This document shows, in pieces, positions 1 through 6,161 of a stretch of 13,203 nt of DNA. The position numbers were made by a program, and so were the translations under genes. This DNA is from Promethearchaeota archaeon (GTDB lineage: Archaea > Asgardarchaeota > Lokiarchaeia > Sigyniarchaeales > SOKP01), in assembly GCA_048938005.1 (NCBI GenBank), contig JBHLMQ010000071.1, positions 1-13,203 on the forward strand. Reading direction: 5' to 3'. Each line of letters starts with the position of its first letter. Position 1 is the stretch's first letter. The notes below the pieces were generated by a model. That model made no database searches. It saw only the letters and a program-made list of their open reading frames with translations, and had not been told where the DNA came from.

Positions 1-1571
1 TTTATATTTATATCTTTAAAACAAGAATCTATTGATTCAACTTCTTCTAATTCTCTGATAGAAATACGATTTTTATCATTTGGATCCTTTGCAGCCCAAA
101 TCAATTTATTAAATCGTTGGTGATGATTGTGAAATCTTTGGTTTGCATATTCTTTTGCCTGTTTAGTGTAGAGAAGAAAGGGCCAATCACTCCCTTCCAT
201 CAATAAAAGTTCACGTGCAGTCTGCTTAAGAATTCTTTCTCCCCAACTATTTGGATTGGGGTTATTTTCTAAAACTTGTTCAAAATTCGTTATAGATGAA
301 TTAATGTAAGGCCAAATCCAACCATGTTCTGGATTTTTCCAGACTTGAAAGTGACCTCCTTCACCCCAACTACTCTCTCCCATTTTAATTACAGAGAAAT
401 TATCCTTAAATTTTGATATATAATCAGAAATAGTTATCATCTCAATATTTTTATTGTTATGGATCAATTCGAATACTTTTTTTAACCATAATATCCCCTC
501 CATCCACCAATGACCATAAAACTCAAAATCGTATAGAGAAACAATAATTCCATTAGTTTCAAAATTATCTGAAAGCAGTCTTAATTCTTCAGAAACCAAC
601 GAAACAAAGTGATTAGCATGAGAACCAACCAGTTCTTTTGCCCTTTCAATATTATAAAACTGTTTTTCTCCCTTTCCTAATTCTTTACTAGTGATTCTCC
701 AATAATGTAAGCCGGATTCATGATCTTTTCTGTGAAATTCTCTATAATATTCATTCCCGGGGTAACCTACTTCAGCATCCCATACTTGTCTACTTGTTAT
801 TTTATTTCTGCCAAATACGGAGACTCCTGTTTCTAAAAGATATCCATAATTTGTTGTTAATCCTAGATTATTCTTTTGTTCCAATAACTCAGCATCTAAT
901 ATCCCATGAGAATCTACGAAAAAATATTCAATTCCAGAATTTTGTAACCAATAATCTATACTCTCCCTAACTTGACCGTTTTTATATTCTTTCGGTCTAT
1001 AAGCGCATTCAGGGAGCCATATTCCTTTTGGATCTCTTTGGAAATATTTTTTATGTGAATCTACTGCTAATTGAATTTGTGAAAAGACTGCAGAATCACT
1101 TTCAAATAAAGGTAAAAATCCATGTGTTGCTCCACATGTTATTAATTCAATCATTCCTTCATCCTGGAGCCATTTAAATGATCCTAACAAATCTCTATAA
1201 TAATTATGGTAAAATGTGTTTAGGACATGCTCAAACTTAGTTAAATAATATTCAGCAATAGCTTTTCTTTCTTGATGGTTTTCAAACCGTTTAATATCAT
1301 TTTTAGTTCGTGATATCAAATTCTCCATATAATCTATAAATCGTTGTTTCATATATTCATCTGCTAATTGTTCAGCCAATATTGGCGTTATATTTATAGT
1401 AACTGCTGTTTTTATTCCTCTTTCTTTTAATTCCCTTAAAATATTTAAAAATGGAATGTATGATTCATTCATTGCTTCCATGAGCCATTCTTCCCCAGCT
1501 GGCCAAATTCCTGATTTCTTACACCAAGGAATATGGCCATGGAGAACTAATCCAAAATATCCTAAACTCAT
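1..1571 (-). CDS. GH57-family 1,4-alpha-glucan branching enzyme (DUF1957 type); 3' end runs off the window
   Basis: Not in the ORF track; translated by hand from ATG at 1571: MSLGYFGLVLHGHIPWCKKSGIWPAGEEWLMEAMNESYIPFL. GH57 branching-enzyme motifs present: HGHIP, ELITCGATHGFLPL, GIWLPECAY (nucleophile Glu), SLYDFEFYGHWWMEG (acid/base Asp), ESSWGEGG, ARELLLMEGSDWPF. The same frame reaches position 1 (IDSCFKDINI), close to the usual C-terminus. Confidence 0.93.
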   Translation of the reverse strand, partial: MSLGYFGLVLHGHIPWCKKSGIWPAGEEWLMEAMNESYIPFLNILRELKERGIKTAVTINITPILAEQLADEYMKQRFIDYMENLISRTKNDIKRFENHQERKAIAEYYLTKFEHVLNTFYHNYYRDLLGSFKWLQDEGMIELITCGATHGFLPLFESDSAVFSQIQLAVDSHKKYFQRDPKGIWLPECAYRPKEYKNGQVRESIDYWLQNSGIEYFFVDSHGILDAELLEQKNNLGLTTNYGYLLETGVSVFGRNKITSRQVWDAEVGYPGNEYYREFHRKDHESGLHYWRITSKELGKGEKQFYNIERAKELVGSHANHFVSLVSEELRLLSDNFETNGIIVSLYDFEFYGHWWMEGILWLKKVFELIHNNKNIEMITISDYISKFKDNFSVIKMGESSWGEGGHFQVWKNPEHGWIWPYINSSITNFEQVLENNPNPNSWGERILKQTARELLLMEGSDWPFLLYTKQAKEYANQRFHNHHQRFNKLIWAAKDPNDKNRISIRELEEVESIDSCFKDINI

Positions 1572-1645
1572 CTTATTACACTCTCTTCCAACTAATAAAG
1601 CTATATTTATTATCTAATATTATATGATTATAATATATAATTAAA

Positions 1646-2827
1646 ATGTACGAAAGAATAATGAGTACAAAAATAAAAGCTATTACTTCCCCACCAAGTA
1701 AAGAAGAATTATCAAAACGTTTAGAAAGAGTAAGAGAGAAGATGAAAGAGCAGGATTTGGACTTTTATGTGTCGTTCGATCCTGTGAATATTTATTACCT
1801 AACCAATTTTGCTTTTTATATTCATGAACGACCTTTTATTTTAGTGATACCTATTGAAGGATTGCCACGGATGTTAATTCCACTTCTAGAAAGAGGACAT
1901 TTTGAAGAGAGAGTTCGATGTGAAATCGATACAATTACTTATTATGAATTTCCCGGAAGAGATGGGGAAAATTGGTATGATCGTTATAAAGAACTCATTG
2001 GGAAAGATAAGAAGATTGGTATAGAATCAAGAATGCCAATAGGGATAGTTAATAAAACACCTGGGACTCAAATCGTTACTGATATTATTGATGAAGTACG
2101 TATAATAAAAACAAAATATGAGAGAGGGAGAATTGTACATGCTTGTAAGGTTGCTAATAAGGGACATAGAATATTATTGAAAAAATGTCGTCCGAAAGTT
2201 CTCGAATTTGCTTTATATAAGGAGGTCAGCGATGCAATAATTTCCAAAATAGTGCAAGATATACCTAAAGCTAATTTTAAAGTAACAGAGGCAATAGGGA
2301 TAGTTTGGCCTCCATCAATATCGCATGATCCCCATTCAGTGCCACATATTTTTGCCGAAATGGAAGAAGGTGGACCACATGTCTCTATGATTCAAATACA
2401 AGTTGATGGTTATGGTGTAGAAATTGAAAGAACATTTTTTTTAGATAATATCCCTGAAAAAGCAAAAAAGCCATTTGAAATAATGCTCAATGCTAGGTCA
2501 TTAGCTTATGATTTATTAAAACCAGGGGTTATAATGAGTGAAATTGATAAAAAAGTACGGAGTTTTATCAATTCTCATGGTTATGGAGATTTTATACTTC
2601 ATAGGACAGGACATGGCTTTGGAATTACTGGTCATGAAGCACCTTTTCTAGCTGAGGGATATGATAGACCACTTAAAAAAAATATGGTTATTAGTGTTGA
2701 ACCTGGTATTTATTTACCTGGAATAGGTGGATTTCGTCATTCAGACACAGTACTCATCACTGAAGAAGGATATCAAAAACTGACAAGAGCACCTGAAACT
2801 CTAGAAGAGGTTACTATTCCGATTTAG
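1646..2827 (+). CDS. M24-family (Xaa-Pro peptidase/creatinase-like) hydrolase
   Basis: Creatinase_N-like start (RLERVREKMKEQDLD...NIYYLTNF) plus pita-bread domain motifs PH, ERT, HRTGHGFG..GHE.P, SVEPGIY, GFRHSDTVLIT. An alternative start is ATG at 1661. Confidence 0.9.
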   Translation: MYERIMSTKIKAITSPPSKEELSKRLERVREKMKEQDLDFYVSFDPVNIYYLTNFAFYIHERPFILVIPIEGLPRMLIPLLERGHFEERVRCEIDTITYYEFPGRDGENWYDRYKELIGKDKKIGIESRMPIGIVNKTPGTQIVTDIIDEVRIIKTKYERGRIVHACKVANKGHRILLKKCRPKVLEFALYKEVSDAIISKIVQDIPKANFKVTEAIGIVWPPSISHDPHSVPHIFAEMEEGGPHVSMIQIQVDGYGVEIERTFFLDNIPEKAKKPFEIMLNARSLAYDLLKPGVIMSEIDKKVRSFINSHGYGDFILHRTGHGFGITGHEAPFLAEGYDRPLKKNMVISVEPGIYLPGIGGFRHSDTVLITEEGYQKLTRAPETLEEVTIPI

Positions 2828-2839
2828 TGACCTATTTAT

Positions 2840-3346
2840 TCAATTTATATATTTCACTATTTTATTTAGCGATTTTCTGGAAGTAGGTTCAGGAATCTCT
2901 CCTTCAATATATCCGAAAGGCAAAATTGTTAAAATGTGGTCATTTTCTTCTAATCCAATTACTTGTTTCGCTTTTTCCCTGTTCATAGCACCAATCCAAC
3001 AAGTTCCAATCCCTAAAGACCAGGCCATTAACATCATATGCATTGAAACTAAGGATGTATCAATTATATACCACTTAGGACTTGTTTTAACTTTAGCAAC
3101 TATTGCTATAACCAGTGGAACTGTTTTTACAAATTCCCCATAAAATGCAGTTTTAGAGAGTTTATTCAATATTTCCTTGTTTTTTATAACAATAAACTCC
3201 CATGGTTGACGATTTGATGCACTAGGAGTCCACCTTCCTGCTTCTAAAATCATTTCAATTTCTTTTTCTGATATACTCTTATCTTGAAATGATCTTATAC
3301 TTCTTCTCCCTTTAAGAAATTTTAGAAAAACTTCTGGTTCGATCAT
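2840..3346 (-). CDS. Nitroreductase-family FMN-dependent oxidoreductase
   Basis: RRSIRSF, WTPSASNRQPWEF and LGIGTCWIG motifs; 168 aa; convergent with the M24 gene across a 12-bp gap. Confidence 0.93.
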   Translation of the reverse strand: MIEPEVFLKFLKGRRSIRSFQDKSISEKEIEMILEAGRWTPSASNRQPWEFIVIKNKEILNKLSKTAFYGEFVKTVPLVIAIVAKVKTSPKWYIIDTSLVSMHMMLMAWSLGIGTCWIGAMNREKAKQVIGLEENDHILTILPFGYIEGEIPEPTSRKSLNKIVKYIN

Positions 3347-3501
3347 TTTTATATTATTTTATTTTATATTACCAAAGATATTTAATTAAATATCAATGAA
3401 ATCGTAGATTAAATAATTAATAGTTATATTTTATTTAATTCCGAAATTAAGATAAACATTATACTATTCAATTAATTTCTAGCTAAGAATATCATAATTT
3501 A

Positions 3502-3832
3502 ATGCCTTTAACAGATTTAAAAGCCCAATATTCAAGAAAAGAGCTCAAGTATGGTCCAAGGAAAAAAGGATATAAATTAATGATAAAATGTTATGAATCT
3601 CATAGTCATGATCCTCATAATACTTTTCTATATGGCTTTCTTTGCTTAATATATGATGGAATAAACGCTATTACTAACATTAAGTCAAAAATGCGTCTTT
3701 TTTTTATTTCCTCTACTAGACAAGTTGTTGCGTTTTAAATGGCAAAATTTATTATGTATTTTATTCTTAGTTTTGTTTATATTAATAATTATATTTGCCC
3801 CTCAAATTAACTCTTGGTTTGCCAGTCTTTAA
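3502..3832 (+). pseudogene. Probable decayed small membrane protein gene
   Basis: The basic N-terminus of the 78-aa ORF (MPLTDLKAQYSRKELKYGPRKKGYKLMI) can be joined by a +1 shift near 3586-3592 to a frame reading MNLIVMILIILFYMAFFA*YMME*TLLLTLSQKCVFFLFPLLDKLLRFKWQNLLCILFLVLFILIIIFAPQINSWFASL*. That frame has TM-like segments, internal TAA at 3647 and 3662, and a final TAA at 3830-3832, 9 bp from the convergent stop. Confidence 0.4.
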
Positions 3833-3841
3833 TTGACTTGC

Positions 3842-5095
3842 TTATTTTTGATTGAAATAGTCTGATTCAAAATTGGGATATATTTTCTTTTTTCTTCCTT
3901 CTTTTTCAAATTTAATAAGTCCAAGGTCAACTAATTTATCTAAATGATATTGAATCGTCTTATGATCTACTTTAAATGTTTTAGTGATTAGATTATTCCA
4001 GATCCCTGGTTTTTGCTCAATCATCTCTAAAATCTCTAAAGTTAATTTACTCTTTTGCAACTTTAAATCTACGTTCGATATTGGATTTTTTTGATAATAG
4101 GGAAAATAAGCAATAAAATTTCCTATCCTTTTTTTTCCAATTACTTTATATGTAAGTAATATATCAAGATGCCAAACTAAATTCCCTGCTGCTAGTCCAG
4201 TTTTTCGTAATAATTCATTGAAATGAATTCCAGGTTCATCTAGAATTAAATCTATTATTTTATTACGATTCTCGTTTTCTAAAACTTCATCTAAGGATAA
4301 TCGATGAGCTCCTTTTTCAATTGATATCGTTCTTTTTCTAAGATATTGGAAATAATCTTTCTTTGAAATCAAGAATGCTAGGGATGCAACACCAAGAATT
4401 ATTATTACAATTATAGTTATTAACCAGGTCCAGTCGGCTAGAACCTCCTGTATTTCAAAAAGAGTTATGAAATATTCATTATCTTGTTGTAAATTTGTAA
4501 GGGTACTTTCTAAATATTTTTCAGAATTAGATTCATTGACAAACTCAATTGTATCAATTAATTCCCATGAATCTTGATTAGATTCAAATATGGCTAATGT
4601 AAATGAATTCTCTGGATTTAAACCATAATATTGAAGTTTTTTGTATCTAATAGTCAAATTTTCTATTGATGTATTCGATCTTATCTTATAAATACAGTTA
4701 TATCTATATTGAAATCGAAAATTGCCCCTTTGAGGTTGTCGTGGGGGTTGCATTACTCCAAAATTCTGTAGACTCGATTTAATGGATATATTTAATGAAA
4801 TTGGATTACTATTATTAATTATAAAAAAAGTTTGGCGATTTGCAATATTATTTTCATATTCTATGGAAAGATTGATTAAGGTATCAGTTGAAATTTCAAA
4901 AGTTATATTGTTCAAAAAATTATAAGTTACCCTCTCGTTTGGATTAATAGTATCTTGAGTTGAAAAACCAGGAATATCTTCTTTTCGAGCATTAATATTT
5001 ATTAATAATAGATTAAATTCAAGTAAAGTTATTAATATAAGTAGGATAACGGCAAATCTGTAGTTTTTCTTTTTAAATAAGTTAATACTAACCAA
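3842..5095 (-). CDS. Membrane-anchored transcriptional regulator: signal/TM, ectodomain, TM, tandem winged-HTH (ArsR-like, COG3398-type)
   Basis: TTG start. N-terminal basic then hydrophobic segment; beta-rich region with 7 N-x-S/T sequons; TM at about aa 222-243; two wHTH repeats (RNKIIDLILDEPGIHFNEL...WHLDIL and TLEILEMIEQKPGIWNNLI...YHLDKLVDLGLI) with no sequons. Confidence 0.85.
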   Translation of the reverse strand: MVSINLFKKKNYRFAVILLILITLLEFNLLLININARKEDIPGFSTQDTINPNERVTYNFLNNITFEISTDTLINLSIEYENNIANRQTFFIINNSNPISLNISIKSSLQNFGVMQPPRQPQRGNFRFQYRYNCIYKIRSNTSIENLTIRYKKLQYYGLNPENSFTLAIFESNQDSWELIDTIEFVNESNSEKYLESTLTNLQQDNEYFITLFEIQEVLADWTWLITIIVIIILGVASLAFLISKKDYFQYLRKRTISIEKGAHRLSLDEVLENENRNKIIDLILDEPGIHFNELLRKTGLAAGNLVWHLDILLTYKVIGKKRIGNFIAYFPYYQKNPISNVDLKLQKSKLTLEILEMIEQKPGIWNNLITKTFKVDHKTIQYHLDKLVDLGLIKFEKEGRKKKIYPNFESDYFNQK

Positions 5096-5135
5096 ATAAG
5101 TTCATTCCAATATCTTTAATTATTATAGATAAATT

Positions 5136-5146
5136 AAAAAAAAAAA
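5136..5146 (-). terminator. Oligo-T (T11) archaeal terminator-like tract between the surface protein gene and the regulator gene
   Basis: An A11 run on the plus strand begins 15 nt after the stop at 5161 in the minus-strand reading direction. Confidence 0.5.
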
Positions 5147-5160
5147 TTTTTTGAATGCTT

Positions 5161-5853
5161 TTACTTTCTTTTTTTGAGATAAAGCACTAAAAATATGGCA
5201 ATAACTCCTATGATTGTTCCGATGCTAACAGTAATCAAAAGTGTATTATCAGTTTCCGGGATTAAAATGGTCCAATAAGAGAAATGGTCAGTTTGAGCAA
5301 CTAAATATCCGTTTTCTATAGTAGTTGGTACTGTTACCCACTCTTCGGAATTTTCATCGTAATATGCCCAATTTCCATTGCGATTTTGATTATTTACCTG
5401 CATTTTAAGTTTTGCTTGACAGGAATCGTTGCATTGTATATAAGCGCAGAAACCTTCTTGATATTGAAAGCGATGTCGTTCTCTTATTTGATATGTATAT
5501 CCTTTAATTAAACCAAGTTGAATTTGCTCTTCTGTGCATATCATATTCATTGTTAGATTTCTCTCAGCTTCAATCTCAATTTCAAAATATTTTTCGCCAA
5601 TTTGTAATGCTTCACATTTAATATTCACATCTATATCAACAGTAGAATTCCATGTTAGACGAGTTCTTTGCCTAAATGTAAACATTACCCTATTATTTGC
5701 TTGTATTTGTGCTTGAATAGTATCTCCATTAACATTAATATCTGTTTCTCCAACAGCCAACACTGAATTTACGTTGAATATTGAAAATAAAATTGAGAAA
5801 GTAAAGATTGTGAGTGCAATTTTGTTAATTTTTTTCATTTTTTTTTTAAACAC
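5161..5853 (-). CDS. Single-pass cell-surface protein with juxtamembrane HFS motif (GPS/ZU5-like)
   Basis: Signal peptide (MKKINKIALTIFTFSILFSIFNVNSVLA); beta-rich ectodomain ending WAYYDENSEEWVTVPTTIENGYLVAQTDHFSYWTIL; TM at aa 205-226; KKRK tail. The true start may be ATG at 5838, with AGGTG (5851-5855) as ribosome-binding site. Confidence 0.85.
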   Translation of the reverse strand: MFKKKMKKINKIALTIFTFSILFSIFNVNSVLAVGETDINVNGDTIQAQIQANNRVMFTFRQRTRLTWNSTVDIDVNIKCEALQIGEKYFEIEIEAERNLTMNMICTEEQIQLGLIKGYTYQIRERHRFQYQEGFCAYIQCNDSCQAKLKMQVNNQNRNGNWAYYDENSEEWVTVPTTIENGYLVAQTDHFSYWTILIPETDNTLLITVSIGTIIGVIAIFLVLYLKKRK

Positions 5854-5884
5854 CTAAATTGGTCTAAGTAAATTAACGTGAATG

Positions 5885-5918
5885 ATATAAAAAGGATTGA
5901 GGAATAATTTTCCCCAAT
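5885..5918 (-). promoter_or_regulatory. TATA box with abutting imperfect palindrome (candidate operator) upstream of the surface protein gene
   Basis: Minus strand reads ATTGGGGAAAATTATTCCTCAAT-CC-TTTTTATAT. The palindrome at 5896-5918 has 9 of 11 complementary pairs; the TATA-like element at 5885-5893 lies about 30-45 nt upstream of the candidate starts. Confidence 0.5.
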
Positions 5919-6147
5919 TAATTTAGAATACCTTAATTGAATTTGGTTATTTTTTCAGACATTTTAGTCATAATTCAATTTGGAATTATTAAAGGTTTCA
6001 AATAAATTTAGTATAACAAATTCCCTTGAAGCTTAAGTTTTAATATTATAATTTTGAAAATATTATTATATAAATTCAAATTAAAATATTTATATAAAAC
6101 TCATCTTAAAATTAATTTAAGATAAAATATCGAATTTTATGTTATTT

Positions 6148-6153
6148 AAGGAG
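6148..6153 (+). promoter_or_regulatory. Shine-Dalgarno sequence of the 751-aa gene
   Basis: AAGGAG followed by an 8-nt spacer and ATG at 6162. A TTTATATA box at 6089-6096 is a possible promoter, but the region is very AT-rich. Confidence 0.6.
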
Positions 6154-6161
6154 ATAAATTT

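Noticed and set aside
2934-3143. 69-aa plus-strand ORF
   Set aside because: Antisense shadow inside the nitroreductase gene; no recognisable motif.
3502-3738. 78-aa ORF as an intact gene
   Set aside because: No recognisable family; better explained as the frameshifted start of a decayed gene or as a chance ORF.
5534-5716. 60-aa plus-strand ORF
   Set aside because: Antisense to the surface protein gene.
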